Part shown: in pieces, positions 19,868 through 30,497 of the stretch
Layout: each line of letters starts with the position of its first letter
Position numbering within the stretch: position 1 is the stretch's first letter
IMG/VR virus record: IMGVR_UViG_3300044644_001556
Reading direction: 5' to 3' (one strand)
Source: a virus
DNA length: 64,000 nt
The notes under the pieces: model-generated
What the model was told of the DNA's origin: nothing
What the model saw: only the letters and a program-made list of their open reading frames with translations
Database searches by the model: none
Translations under genes and position numbers: made by a program

Positions 19868-21190
19868 TTAAATTCCAGTAATAGCTCTGGCTCGAATTAT
19901 ATCTAATGATTCATCTATTAATAATTTACCATTTTCATAATAAGTTACTAAATTAGCGTCGTCAAATCGACCACCTTTTGATTTTTTACCAGAATCAGTA
20001 ATTGGGTCTTTAACTGTATCGATCCACGCACCATTAATTTCCATTGCTGATGTTTTTTGGGCGAAGCTATACGTATCTCGATTAACTTTTTGTAATAAGC
20101 CGCCACCTGAACCGTAAACTAAAGTTTCAGCTGCAAAACCAAGGGTACTTATTCTAGCACTTAAACCTTCAATCGCATCAGAGTCAATTCCATCACCTTG
20201 AATTAAACTTATATTATTTAAAACATTATAACCTTTACTATTTGAAGTATGGCCAAAATGATAATCGATTACTCTAATTAATTTAGGAATAATATCGTAA
20301 GGATCTCCGCTATCCGGGCGGATAACTACATGCAAATTCTTTTCTAAAATTAAATTTTTAAAATGGATACATAATGCTTCCGTATCTCGGTAAATATCAT
20401 AACCATCTAAAACTATTGATATAACTTCTTCGTTTTTGCAGCTATTTAATATATTGCCGATATAATCAATCTGATTATGTTTACCGTAAGCGCATTGAAT
20501 ACTATGTTCTGTTGCTCGAATTGAATGCCCAGCCATTGGTTCATTATAATATTTTCTTGCAGCTCTTAACGCAACTAAATTATCAGTACCTCTAAAATAT
20601 AATAAATGAGCCAAACCACCAATTTCTGACGTTTCTTGAGAAGAGACGCCCCGAGCTCCAAAATCATGCAATGCATAATTTAAATTATGCATATTATCTG
20701 ATGATCGGCTATATTCTTTTTTTAATCTAGAATAGTTAATATAATCATTAGAAGCAATGGTAGTCGGATACCAGACACTACGCTGCCACATAGACTCGAT
20801 ATATGAAGGTAACCAATATAATTCCGGATCATTACTTTCGATTGAATATAATGGAGTTCTCGATTGAGTTATAGAACCTTCGGGTACGCACTTAATAGTA
20901 ATCGGTAATAAACCACCATATTCATTTAATATCTTTTCCCAACCACTTCTATTAAAAGGTAATCCGTGGGCTGCTAATAATTCTTCAGCTTCATCTATAT
21001 TATCCTGAGTGATAGGATTTAATAGATGTTTTTTAATACTCATTTGAAAACCAAATGGTATAATAGTTTTATTAGGTTTTCTTGCTTCACCATATGCATA
21101 TTGAGCTGTAGTTCCGCTCGGATACATATTAAAATGGCTAGGTTTATAACTATCTGCGTCTAAGATAATATTCTGTACTAATTGAGTCAT
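19868..21190 (-). CDS. nadV: nicotinamide phosphoribosyltransferase (NAMPT)
   Basis: DSYKPSH, LHDFGARG, ATEHS, IRPDSGD, IQGDG, GSGGGLLQKVNRDT, KDPITDSGKKSKGG. Confidence 0.93.
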   Translation of the reverse strand: MTQLVQNIILDADSYKPSHFNMYPSGTTAQYAYGEARKPNKTIIPFGFQMSIKKHLLNPITQDNIDEAEELLAAHGLPFNRSGWEKILNEYGGLLPITIKCVPEGSITQSRTPLYSIESNDPELYWLPSYIESMWQRSVWYPTTIASNDYINYSRLKKEYSRSSDNMHNLNYALHDFGARGVSSQETSEIGGLAHLLYFRGTDNLVALRAARKYYNEPMAGHSIRATEHSIQCAYGKHNQIDYIGNILNSCKNEEVISIVLDGYDIYRDTEALCIHFKNLILEKNLHVVIRPDSGDPYDIIPKLIRVIDYHFGHTSNSKGYNVLNNISLIQGDGIDSDAIEGLSARISTLGFAAETLVYGSGGGLLQKVNRDTYSFAQKTSAMEINGAWIDTVKDPITDSGKKSKGGRFDDANLVTYYENGKLLIDESLDIIRARAITGI

Positions 21191-21500
21191 CGTTTTTCTC
21201 CCGTTGTTTCATCTCTTGCACTACGTTTCTAACTGGTATTACATATGATTCGGATATGCTATTATATAAAGAAGATTCAATCCAATAACCAACATTCCCC
21301 ATTCCGTATCTAGTTAAAAAGCTATTGATTTCCGCTATTTCCATTGCCTTAGGTAATCGCCAATCAGTATAACCACCGTAATTTAAGAATTGACAATATA
21401 TTGCAGCTTCTTCTTGATTTTGTAATTTAATAAATGCGTCGGATGCAATATCTAAAAAATAGTCTTGATATAAAAGTTCTTTTATCAATATCGTATTCAT
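21150..21500 (-). CDS. mini DUF1566/Lcl-like protein
   Basis: EAAIYCQFLNYGGYTDWRLP...VIPVR. Confidence 0.7.
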   Translation of the reverse strand: MNTILIKELLYQDYFLDIASDAFIKLQNQEEAAIYCQFLNYGGYTDWRLPKAMEIAEINSFLTRYGMGNVGYWIESSLYNSISESYVIPVRNVVQEMKQREKNDDSISTEYYLRRR

Positions 21501-22462
21501 TTATATCGATCATTTAAATAAGCTGGTTTTAAAAATTCAGCAGTCATAGCCATAATTATATCTCTATGATCATGAAATAAATTTAAATTATTGATTGCAT
21601 ATGATATATCGAACCACTGAACTTCGCTTGCGTCGTCGGCAGCTTTAATTTTAGGTTCGTATATTTCAGGAACTAATACTTGAAATAAAAAGCAATTAGT
21701 TACCCGCATTAAACCACCAAATTTGCGTTTTGGTGAATCAAATATATTATTAAATATCGTATAATCAATCGATTCGCGCTGATCTTTTTCTTTTATTTGA
21801 ATTCCGGCTTCTTCGAATAATTCGCGTTTCGCACAATCAAAGAAAGTTTCATCGTGATTTTTAAATCCGCCAGGTAATGCCCAAGTATCTTTCCCTGGTG
21901 CAAATTTGCGTTTAATTAATAAAATTTTACCGTCATTATAAATTAAAGCATCTGCACAATTAAACTGTAAGGTTTCAGGAAATGGATAACTAGCAAATAA
22001 TTCTTTTTCTTTATTGAAGAAATTGTATTCTTCTTGGACGCTAGGATGCAATAATCCGCACTCTAATAAATTATTACGTATATCTGTCGCGGTAGTATCA
22101 ATATCAGTATAAACTTCTACATATCTATAAGTCGGGAACCATTTTAGGTAATGATTATCTGGTTTAGTATGACCGTAAATTCGAACGTCATTAAATTTGC
22201 ATAATATTTCATTTACTTCGACTTTCCATAAATCGTCGTCATATAGATAATCATTTAATGGGAAAATCGTTACATCGGGAAACTCTTTTAATATCATATC
22301 TCGACGTTCTTGATATGTATAAGGGTTGCGTAGATTTCTCGATTGATTAGCTGAGCCTAATAAAATTACATGATTATCAGTTTCTTCGATCATTTTACTA
22401 ATAACTGCAATATGGCCGGCATGCAATGGTTGGCATCTACCTATAAAAACACCAGTTTTCAT
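21497..22462 (-). CDS. nadM: bifunctional NMN adenylyltransferase / Nudix (ADP-ribose pyrophosphatase)
   Basis: GRCQPLHAGH (HxGH), RNPYT, ATDIR; Nudix box WALPGGF...RELFEEAG; AADDA. Confidence 0.9.
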   Translation of the reverse strand: MKTGVFIGRCQPLHAGHIAVISKMIEETDNHVILLGSANQSRNLRNPYTYQERRDMILKEFPDVTIFPLNDYLYDDDLWKVEVNEILCKFNDVRIYGHTKPDNHYLKWFPTYRYVEVYTDIDTTATDIRNNLLECGLLHPSVQEEYNFFNKEKELFASYPFPETLQFNCADALIYNDGKILLIKRKFAPGKDTWALPGGFKNHDETFFDCAKRELFEEAGIQIKEKDQRESIDYTIFNNIFDSPKRKFGGLMRVTNCFLFQVLVPEIYEPKIKAADDASEVQWFDISYAINNLNLFHDHRDIIMAMTAEFLKPAYLNDRYK

Positions 22463-22810
22463 TTAATTACCTTTAATTTTATTAAATTTTTTAACATCAT
22501 CTAAAATAGTATGCGCTAAATTTACGGCTGATTGTTCATTTAATATTAAATGCGCTTGTTCTTTATGATAACCGGTAGTTAAAACTTCCCAAATAATTTT
22601 AAAACGATTATATGAACTAGACCAAAAATTAGAAGTAGATTCAACGTAAAAACTAAGCGTTATATCTTTAAATTCAGTTTCAGTATCTAATTCAATCCAA
22701 GCATGAACTTGATGTTCTGGGGAGCTACAAGCACAATTGATTATATAATTAGTAGCATTATCAAAATCAGTTCCTCTTGAAATACCTTCTGCCGGTTTTT
22801 GAACTTCCAT
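22463..22810 (-). CDS. hypothetical protein (CxC..H motif)
   Basis: 115 aa, CACSSPEH. Confidence 0.55.
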   Translation of the reverse strand: MEVQKPAEGISRGTDFDNATNYIINCACSSPEHQVHAWIELDTETEFKDITLSFYVESTSNFWSSSYNRFKIIWEVLTTGYHKEQAHLILNEQSAVNLAHTILDDVKKFNKIKGN

Positions 22811-23256
22811 TATCTTTTACTCCAATGTGAATAAATTAATTCATCGAATGGAATTTGAGTTGCATTATAATCAGTAGTTACCAATGCATTACCATCTGTT
22901 AAATTTACAAATTTATATAATACATTATTTTTCGTATAAAATATATCGATCAGTGGTAATTTATTTTGCAATGTTTTAGTATGAATTAAATATCGAATTT
23001 GGGTTTCGTTAGTTAGATAATCATTAATCGTTTCCATTTTACGAATAATACTTTTGGGGACTAAAACCGGTCGTATTTTATAATCAATACGCAATGTAAT
23101 TAAAATCGCTTTTTCAAACTCTTTATGAAACGCAACTAATTCATACCAATCGTGATAATATAATGGATCTAATCTACGGGATGGTTCGAAATCATCATAC
23201 TCATCCGCATAATATAATTCATATAAATCGTCATCAAAATCAAAACAATCACTCAT
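22810..23256 (-). CDS. hypothetical protein
   Basis: Likely start MSDCFD after a GGAGG RBS rather than at 23298. Confidence 0.5.
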   Translation of the reverse strand: MSDCFDFDDDLYELYYADEYDDFEPSRRLDPLYYHDWYELVAFHKEFEKAILITLRIDYKIRPVLVPKSIIRKMETINDYLTNETQIRYLIHTKTLQNKLPLIDIFYTKNNVLYKFVNLTDGNALVTTDYNATQIPFDELIYSHWSKR

Positions 23257-23279
23257 ATAGCCTCCAAAATAAATTAAAA

Positions 23280-23302
23280 GAGTGGGGTCTAACCCCACTC
23301 TA
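23280..23302 (-). terminator. intrinsic terminator
   Basis: AGAGTGGGG/CCCCACTCT hairpin. Confidence 0.65.
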
Positions 23303-23311
23303 TATTAAAAA

Positions 23312-24373
23312 TTAGATACCGAAGAATGCTTGATCTGGATTACTAAATGCACTTAATAATGGTGCAGTATTTAAATTATGCGATTTATTATTATTAGCTG
23401 GAAATAATAAGCCGTTAGCTAATCGTTGTAATGCTCCGGATGTACTTTCTTCCGTCTCTGCAGTATGAGTACTTAATTCCGTTGCTAAATTATAACAATC
23501 AAATTGAGTTAAATGACCTTTTACTTGAGCGGCGATATTTTTATCTTGGAAAACATTATCTTGATAATAATCACGCAGATGAATAATTGGATCACTAATT
23601 TTCATAATAGCATCTAATCTACGAACTTCGGCTGCACTATTAGATATTGCTCTTCTAGCTGCCGCATGTTTAGTTACTAACTGTAGATCAGATACCATTG
23701 CTCTTTCACGACCCATAATACTCAATCGATCGCGGACTAAACTACTTACTTTATTTTGCATTTGAATATTTGCAATTTGTAAATGTTCTTCCCAACGATT
23801 AACTAATGGAATACGACTATTAATTAATTCCGTACTACCTACCATTCCATTAGTACAAATCTGACGCACTAACTCAAATGATCCTTTAATAAATGAAGTA
23901 AACGGATTCCAATTAAAAATCATATTCGAAGTAAAATCTCCACCTTGTTGATAACCAGGAACGTCAAAATCTTGAGCACTCCATTTTTTCATTAACATAT
24001 AATCCGATGGAACAGTATTTAACCGCAATCCAGATCTGATATTACGTTCGTTTGTACTAACTCCAATATGAGCCATTAAATTATCAATGGCATTATCATC
24101 ATGAACAAAGCCGTTATATCCATTATCTCGAAAATCAATTAATTGATCTTCTACGAAAAAATAATTACCGCCAGTTAATCTCGCTTGCAATTGACTAGTA
24201 GCTAACTCAATATGCGGACTATTTAAAGCTTTTGAAATGCGTGAAGTTGAATCGAATAAATGCTCATGAGCTCCATTGATTACGATATGAGCTTGTACGT
24301 TACCAGCTTCATCAAAAACGTTAGATAATTTTACATCTGCATTGCGGTATAATGAATAATTTTGTTGGTTCAT
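23312..24373 (-). CDS. DUF932-like protein
   Basis: VRQICTNGM motif and C-terminal FDCYNLATELSTH. Confidence 0.6.
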   Translation of the reverse strand: MNQQNYSLYRNADVKLSNVFDEAGNVQAHIVINGAHEHLFDSTSRISKALNSPHIELATSQLQARLTGGNYFFVEDQLIDFRDNGYNGFVHDDNAIDNLMAHIGVSTNERNIRSGLRLNTVPSDYMLMKKWSAQDFDVPGYQQGGDFTSNMIFNWNPFTSFIKGSFELVRQICTNGMVGSTELINSRIPLVNRWEEHLQIANIQMQNKVSSLVRDRLSIMGRERAMVSDLQLVTKHAAARRAISNSAAEVRRLDAIMKISDPIIHLRDYYQDNVFQDKNIAAQVKGHLTQFDCYNLATELSTHTAETEESTSGALQRLANGLLFPANNNKSHNLNTAPLLSAFSNPDQAFFGI

Positions 24374-24434
24374 AATAATTAACTCCGATACGTTGTTATA
24401 TAAATTTAAATTGGTTATTTGTTACTACAAAGAA

Positions 24435-24463
24435 ATTATATCATACTTTCATACTACGGTCAA
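24435..24463 (-). promoter_or_regulatory. early promoter with conserved spacer
   Basis: TTGACC-gtagtatgaaagtatga-TATAAT. Confidence 0.75.
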
Positions 24464-24475
24464 GCTTTTTGTCCA

Positions 24476-25501
24476 TTAATCTTCTTTTAATAAAAAAGTA
24501 TTGGAAATAGTTTTAAAAGTAAAGTCGCTATCATGACTCTTATATACTAAACCTTCTCTAATCTTATGATTAATAGATGGGCCTTCGGCGAATGCTAATA
24601 AATCTACTAAATTAGTTGCAGAAACTTGTGATTTTTCACTAATAATAGGAACATGATTTCCAGTAAACCCAAGCTCAACCAAATCGTTATAAATTGATTT
24701 GCGTTCATCTGGTTTAGCATACCGTTTTTCGTCGATTAAAAAGATATCAAACACAAATAGTTGAGTTGTTTCGAATTTTTCGCGATTACCTTGGATGTTC
24801 GGACCCATTAATTCACCTTGAACCGCAATATTTTTGCCGTAACTTAGTAAAACTTGATCTAATTTACTATTTGAGAACATACGGACAAATGAATTATCTT
24901 TATTATCTTCGTCAATCTTTAATTCTAAATTTCTAGAACAAACACCCAACTCGCCATTGAAATAATATCCGGTAAATGAACTACCATCTAATTTAATAGT
25001 AATCTCATAGGATTCATTGATACGTTTTTCGAAAATATCACGAACTAAATTTTGACAACGCTCTTGATCGGTTTTGTGAATAAATGATGGAAAATTACCT
25101 TTAGCGTTACCGGCTAATTGCCCGTTGATAGGACGTTCCCATTTTTCAATACCTAATAGTTCAGCTATATCAGTTTCTGGCGTTACATCGATTAATTCCG
25201 GATATAATGATAATGGTAAGATTAAACCTTGAGAAATTTGCCCTCGTAATTTAATAGTTCTAATTCTCATACCATCTTTACCTTCCCATCGAATCGCTTT
25301 GCTTGCTAAAAAAGCGTACCGTTCATCAGTTAATGGTAAAAAACTATCGATCTCAAAATAAACACCTTTATCTCCGACTTGAAATTCTCCTTTTTTTACG
25401 ACGACCGGCCAACCACCATCTATAATCGCGCATTCAATTGCATCAGCATTTTCAATCGGAAGTAATTCTGTGATTGGTTTAATAGTTACTAATTGTCTCA
25501 T
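24476..25501 (-). CDS. RNA ligase (DRB0094/Rnl2-like family) with N-terminal OB-like domain
   Basis: PIENADAIE, KLRGQISQGL, motif I KLDGSS, GELMGPNIQGN, FVFDI, REGLVYK, FKTISN. Confidence 0.88.
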   Translation of the reverse strand: MRQLVTIKPITELLPIENADAIECAIIDGGWPVVVKKGEFQVGDKGVYFEIDSFLPLTDERYAFLASKAIRWEGKDGMRIRTIKLRGQISQGLILPLSLYPELIDVTPETDIAELLGIEKWERPINGQLAGNAKGNFPSFIHKTDQERCQNLVRDIFEKRINESYEITIKLDGSSFTGYYFNGELGVCSRNLELKIDEDNKDNSFVRMFSNSKLDQVLLSYGKNIAVQGELMGPNIQGNREKFETTQLFVFDIFLIDEKRYAKPDERKSIYNDLVELGFTGNHVPIISEKSQVSATNLVDLLAFAEGPSINHKIREGLVYKSHDSDFTFKTISNTFLLKED

Positions 25502-25529
25502 TTATTTTACCTTATATTTTAAAGATTAA

Positions 25530-26573
25530 TTAAACTGCGGTTGATAACGAAGATAAATCTAATAATGGCAAATCAATATGTTCATCTTTTACGATATTAT
25601 GAATATCTTTTTTACCGAAAATTCCATTCGTACTTAAATATCTAAATAATTTTTTCATAGTCATCATTTCATCATAAGTAGCTACTTTTTTATTAAGCCC
25701 CAATAACCAAGCCATCGCCTGAGTAAAAGTTAAACCGATATCAAACGTCTGCTTTACTTCAGTTGGAATCTGCGGTAAGTTAACCGTTCTTAATTGAACC
25801 ATTAATTTCGGTAATTGTAATGGTTCAATTGATTGATATCCAAACTGTCTAGTTAATATAGTACCCGCATAAATAGCAAATTGTAAATTAACCATCAGAT
25901 TATTATCAACTTTATCAAATTGAGTAGATAAACCGATATATTCCTGGCTATCAGCGGCTTTTAATTTATTATTGCCTATTCCATCTAATGTTTTCCAAAC
26001 CGGCGTAGAGACTGAATATGCTCCATTATTAGCGATATAAGCCAAACAGTTACGATCTTCGATATAAACATCATCAGCAAAGCCGATATAATTTACGAAA
26101 ATAGAATGAGCTATTACTGCTCTAAAATTTCCGTTTTCGGATAGATGCTTTCCGCCCACTACCGCTAAATCAATACCGTCATAGAATGAATAAATGTAAC
26201 TACCGTCAAAAAACCATCTATATTCCGGTTTTAACATAGATAAGATTTTATCGAACACTGATTGCATTTGCGGAATCCATTCAATAGACTCATCAAATAA
26301 ACCAATAGTAAATCTTGAATTAACTGGAGCTCGTTCTAATGCTATAATATTACCGTCGTATAACATAATCGCACATTCTTGTGGGATAGTATAATTCGTA
26401 ACACCATGTACTTTTTTATAAAAACCAGTTATCGCTTTAGGGCAATCCATTTTATATGTCTTTTCGCGATCAGTTACGGTTTCATCGATAATCTGTAATG
26501 CACCAGACATAGAATTTAAAGATTTTACTTTAATACGTTTAATTTTAATTTTAGATGGTTCGAAAGTAATCAT
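25530..26573 (-). CDS. hypothetical protein
   Basis: 347 aa ORF. Confidence 0.6.
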   Translation of the reverse strand: MITFEPSKIKIKRIKVKSLNSMSGALQIIDETVTDREKTYKMDCPKAITGFYKKVHGVTNYTIPQECAIMLYDGNIIALERAPVNSRFTIGLFDESIEWIPQMQSVFDKILSMLKPEYRWFFDGSYIYSFYDGIDLAVVGGKHLSENGNFRAVIAHSIFVNYIGFADDVYIEDRNCLAYIANNGAYSVSTPVWKTLDGIGNNKLKAADSQEYIGLSTQFDKVDNNLMVNLQFAIYAGTILTRQFGYQSIEPLQLPKLMVQLRTVNLPQIPTEVKQTFDIGLTFTQAMAWLLGLNKKVATYDEMMTMKKLFRYLSTNGIFGKKDIHNIVKDEHIDLPLLDLSSLSTAV

Positions 26574-26713
26574 AATGGCCTCATGTAATTTGGTTTAATT
26601 TAAACAACAATTTATTTTATCAAATATAAAGGAGAAAGTCAAGCCAAATCCAAGCCTATATATTATATTATTGTGTTAGCTTGATTTTAACTTAACTTAA
26701 GTTGTTGTTTTAA

Positions 26714-27790
26714 TTAGAAATGGGTGTAATCAAAAAGTTCTTCATTCCATTGATGTTTTGCATAGTAAATAATTTTATGAGAAGATGGAGTTCCAACTAC
26801 GCAAGTAGTATCTAGATTATCTTTCGATAATGGATTTACAATTTCATAGATATGGCACGGGCAATCTGGTCTCGCGGCGCGGCCAATCAATTGATTTAAA
26901 AAGCTATAACTACCGACATTAAGACCGATAACGACAGTATGACAATTTTTAACGTCAATACCTTCGCTTAATTTTTTACAACTAACTATAAATTTAACGG
27001 TTCCTTCACTAAATTGTTCTAAAATATCTTCAACTTCCTGTTTATTTTGATCTAATAATGCGACTGACGAATATCCTTTAGATAAGATATGATCATTAAT
27101 TCTGGTTACTTCTTTTTTAGTTTTAGCAAAGATCAAAGTACCATTCATCTGATCCGCATAATTATCGAATATATCAATAATAATTTCGGCCTTAGACCGT
27201 TCCGAACCATCAACTATAGTATGTAGATGAGTATCAGCTAAAAACCCTTGATTAACTGCTTCTTCGCGGCTAATAGGATTAATGATTTCTTCGAATTTAA
27301 TAATCATACCATCAGCTCGATCAGGAGTCGCAGTTAAACCAATTAATGGAATCTCACCTACCAACGTATCCAATTGATACTGCATTGAACTACATGCTTC
27401 ATGATGGGCCTCATCTAAGACCGTAATATCCCAACCTTCATCTATAACCGATTGTGGAATATCCGACATCATTGATTGTAAAATTAATTCTACATTACTA
27501 TCACCGATAAATGTTTTTTCAGCCTGAGTTAATAATCGATGAGTATGAGCAATAAACATTACTCTTAATTTACGATCAGTTACCCCTAATATTTCAGCTA
27601 ATTCTGGGCATCCTAAAGTACAAGCAATAGTTAATGTTTTCCCAGTTCCAGTCGGTAATACAACTAAGATTCTTTTTTTACCATCATTAATAGCTTGGAT
27701 AGATTGATTTCGAGCTGCAATTTGATACCAACGAACCGACTTATCACCATATAATTCATCAACAGATAATTCTTGGACTTGTTCAGACAT
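26714..27790 (-). CDS. superfamily II helicase (ResIII/UvsW-like)
   Basis: LPTGTGKT, DEAHH, TATPDR, EGIDV, QLIGRAAR. Confidence 0.9.
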   Translation of the reverse strand: MSEQVQELSVDELYGDKSVRWYQIAARNQSIQAINDGKKRILVVLPTGTGKTLTIACTLGCPELAEILGVTDRKLRVMFIAHTHRLLTQAEKTFIGDSNVELILQSMMSDIPQSVIDEGWDITVLDEAHHEACSSMQYQLDTLVGEIPLIGLTATPDRADGMIIKFEEIINPISREEAVNQGFLADTHLHTIVDGSERSKAEIIIDIFDNYADQMNGTLIFAKTKKEVTRINDHILSKGYSSVALLDQNKQEVEDILEQFSEGTVKFIVSCKKLSEGIDVKNCHTVVIGLNVGSYSFLNQLIGRAARPDCPCHIYEIVNPLSKDNLDTTCVVGTPSSHKIIYYAKHQWNEELFDYTHF

Positions 27791-27877
27791 ATATTCACCT
27801 TTTTTAAATTAGTTAAATGATACAACAAAAACATATTATAACTGATCTAATAAGGTAGATCAATCAAAAAGTAGACA

Positions 27878-28117
27878 TTAACCGATAGCAATCGTTTCAA
27901 TCATTAATTGATTTTTAAATGATCTGATATTTACAAAAATTTCACGATCGACTAAAACTCGTTCTAATAATTCGCATTCATATAAACCAGGATTAATATC
28001 ACTAAATCTTAATTTACGACCCTGATCAGATTTTCGGTTATCTGGTAATGCATGATCACCAAATAATTCAGTTACTAAGTTACGGATAATGGTTGTTGTG
28101 TTTTGGTTAGTAGTCAT
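27878..28117 (-). CDS. small protein, paralog family B
   Basis: TTIIRNLV...G...GRKLRF pattern shared with 29163, 30506, 36647, 50777. Confidence 0.55.
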   Translation of the reverse strand: MTTNQNTTTIIRNLVTELFGDHALPDNRKSDQGRKLRFSDINPGLYECELLERVLVDREIFVNIRSFKNQLMIETIAIG

Positions 28118-28144
28118 ATTAATCTCCAGATAGGTTAGTTTAAA

Positions 28145-28363
28145 TTAACGATTTTCTAATTCAATTAGTTTATATGCTTTACCGTTCTTAAATGCAAAAA
28201 ACCCAACATTTGATTTATGAATCAATAAGTAATTGGCATCAACATGTACGTAATAACTAAAGCCGGTAATAATAGTTCCCAAAAACAAACCGATTATAAT
28301 ACCCCAAGAACCGGCTTTAATTTCATTGGAAGTATAACTTGGTAATTTTTCGCCCTTTTCCAT
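28145..28363 (-). CDS. small membrane protein
   Basis: Start MEKGEK after AGGAG; one TM helix; the upstream extension of the ORF-track call is the promoter. Confidence 0.55.
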   Translation of the reverse strand: MEKGEKLPSYTSNEIKAGSWGIIIGLFLGTIITGFSYYVHVDANYLLIHKSNVGFFAFKNGKAYKLIELENR

Positions 28364-28409
28364 AATAATCTCCTTTATTAAATTGAAGTTAATATCCGAC
28401 AACAAATAT

Positions 28410-28438
28410 ATTATATCATACTTTAATACTTTGATCAA
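28410..28438 (-). promoter_or_regulatory. early promoter with conserved spacer
   Basis: TTGATC-aaagtattaaagtatga-TATAAT. Confidence 0.75.
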
Positions 28439-28497
28439 TCCGGTAGGCATAAAAATAGCCCATTAGTTATAACTAATGGGCTATTTAATATAAAATA

Positions 28498-28749
28498 TTA
28501 AGATATTGCTATTTGAGCAACAGTAGCTATAATTTTAACTGGAACTGTTGTTTCTACTGTAATTGTAGTTGCCGATGCAATTTTAATGCGCGATGATGCA
28601 GTAATATCTTGTTTGTAATTTACGTTATCCGCAGAATCACACCATACTGCAACAACTGGGCTAGTTAATGTTCCTAAACCATGTGTAATTGTGTGCAATG
28701 TATTTGCTGCTACCGCAGTATATCTATATCCGGTTACCGTAGTTGCCAT
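28498..28749 (-). CDS. small fibre/virion-domain protein
   Basis: HTITHGLG motif, Thr/Ala/Val-rich; ATAAATA upstream; terminator at 28453-28486. Confidence 0.5.
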   Translation of the reverse strand: MATTVTGYRYTAVAANTLHTITHGLGTLTSPVVAVWCDSADNVNYKQDITASSRIKIASATTITVETTVPVKIIATVAQIAIS

Positions 28750-28786
28750 AAGAATTCCTATTAATAATAAAAAATTAAACTATATA

Positions 28787-29083
28787 TTATTTATTCTCAA
28801 TGCTTTCAATTACATCCCGGACTGCTATTACAAATAATTCATCTTTTTCTCGCCGCTTATTTTTACCCACATCATCACTAGCCCAGCATAAATCATACCA
28901 TTGTATTCCTTGAACTTCATTTTTGATCATCACTCTAATGGGTCTGGGTAATTTCTGTAGTTCAAAATTAGTAGGAAACCGCCAATCTTTATGATCATTA
29001 TAATCTAAAAACTGAACGTATAAAAAAGCATCACTCCAATTAAGCATTTTATTAAAAAATGGAGCTATTTCGATTTCATTCAT
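28787..29083 (-). CDS. mini DUF1566/Lcl-like protein
   Basis: IEIAP...LNWSDAFLYVQFLDYNDHKDWRFPT...VIAVRDV. Confidence 0.7.
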   Translation of the reverse strand: MNEIEIAPFFNKMLNWSDAFLYVQFLDYNDHKDWRFPTNFELQKLPRPIRVMIKNEVQGIQWYDLCWASDDVGKNKRREKDELFVIAVRDVIESIENK

Positions 29084-29162
29084 GTTAACCTTTTACTATA
29101 ATAAGTTAATTTACTAACAAATTATATTAGCAGATTATATAATCTGCTAATATTAAAATATT

Positions 29163-29399
29163 TTATTCGGAAAAATAATAAACCCGAATTTCTAAATTAC
29201 TACCGTTAATAATAGCACGCCCTCTAAACGGAGCAATTTTTTCATTAATTTCTTGTAATTGTTGATCAGTTACTTTAACATCTGAATAAATTAATAAACT
29301 ACCAGAACTAGTCCGTTCATTATTAAATTTTTTAAGTTGCTTCCCACCAACATAACTTACAATAGAACTAATTTCTTTAATTTGATCTTTACCGCTCAT
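29163..29399 (-). CDS. small protein, paralog family B
   Basis: ISSIV...GG...NNERTSSG.LLIY...VTDQQL.EI. Confidence 0.55.
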   Translation of the reverse strand: MSGKDQIKEISSIVSYVGGKQLKKFNNERTSSGSLLIYSDVKVTDQQLQEINEKIAPFRGRAIINGSNLEIRVYYFSE

Positions 29400-29430
29400 A
29401 ATTATCCTCTATGGTTCGTTAACCAAGTAT

Positions 29431-29811
29431 TTATTTTTCTGCAGAAAACGAAATAGCAAATTGAACAATATCTTCTAATTTTTCAGCAATTAAATCATAT
29501 TCATCACAGTCTTTACTAGCTAAATTATAACATAATTGCCATTGATTATCAGACAAGTAATCATACTCGGTTCGCAGCCAATTAAACCATAATTTAAAAG
29601 TCTGGGCTAAACAATCAGTATGCTGTTTATAAAATTCATTGTATTCGACTTCGTTTATAAAAACTCGCTCTACACCAGCATCTGAAAAATTAACTGCTTC
29701 AAAATGACTATTGCATAGTTTAGATTCACCGCGCCTATAACCCCACCATCCATATTGCGGAACAATAGTTTTCGGAAATTGAACTTGAGATCGAAAATCA
29801 TAAAATAACAT
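29431..29811 (-). CDS. hypothetical protein
   Basis: 126 aa, GGAGG RBS. Confidence 0.6.
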   Translation of the reverse strand: MLFYDFRSQVQFPKTIVPQYGWWGYRRGESKLCNSHFEAVNFSDAGVERVFINEVEYNEFYKQHTDCLAQTFKLWFNWLRTEYDYLSDNQWQLCYNLASKDCDEYDLIAEKLEDIVQFAISFSAEK

Positions 29812-29859
29812 AGCACCTCCAATTAAAAAATATTATTATAATACATTAATACTATAAAA

Positions 29860-30210
29860 TCAATCTATTGTTTTAACCGGTCTAACACCGTGAATATAAT
29901 GTTTACCGCAACTTTGACTAAAACCTTTTAAACTTTCAACCCAAGCATAATACATACTTTCTTCGGTCGACGTCCAATAATAAGGTAAATAAAATTTATA
30001 TTTTTCGTATCGAATATTCATTAAATTAGATTCAATAAACAATAACTCTTTCCTAGTTGGTAATCGCCAGTTTTTAAATCCATTAATTATTAATTTATCG
30101 CAATAAATTATCGACTGATCCCAATTTAATTCAGTCGCATAATCAGTCGGCGATATAATAATATTACCGCCGATATATAATCCACCTTGGTATTCTAAAT
30201 ATTTTTTCAT
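29860..30210 (-). CDS. DUF1566/Lcl-like protein
   Basis: LNWDQSIIYC...NWRLPTRKEL...YWTSTE...AW...VRPVK. Confidence 0.8.
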   Translation of the reverse strand: MKKYLEYQGGLYIGGNIIISPTDYATELNWDQSIIYCDKLIINGFKNWRLPTRKELLFIESNLMNIRYEKYKFYLPYYWTSTEESMYYAWVESLKGFSQSCGKHYIHGVRPVKTID

Positions 30211-30497
30211 TACTCTAATATAGCTAAGATATCTTCTTCTTTAATTAAAATAATTTCTTCTTTATTAACAGTTACTTCTTGACCAGCATATCGACCAAAT
30301 AAAACTCGATTTCCGACTTGAGTTTTTAAAGGACGCCAAGTTTCATCGGGCATAAATTTACCGATACCTGCTGCTATAACTTCACCGACTCCTGGTTTTT
30401 CAGCTGATTTGCCTGGTAAAATAATTCCGGATTCAGTTTCTTTTTCTTCCGGATCACGTTTAATAGCAATATAGTCAAATAATGGTTTAATATTCAT
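30210..30497 (-). CDS. groES: co-chaperonin GroES
   Basis: MNIKPLFDY...TESGIILPG...EKP..GEVIAAG...EEDILAIL. Confidence 0.95.
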   Translation of the reverse strand: MNIKPLFDYIAIKRDPEEKETESGIILPGKSAEKPGVGEVIAAGIGKFMPDETWRPLKTQVGNRVLFGRYAGQEVTVNKEEIILIKEEDILAILE

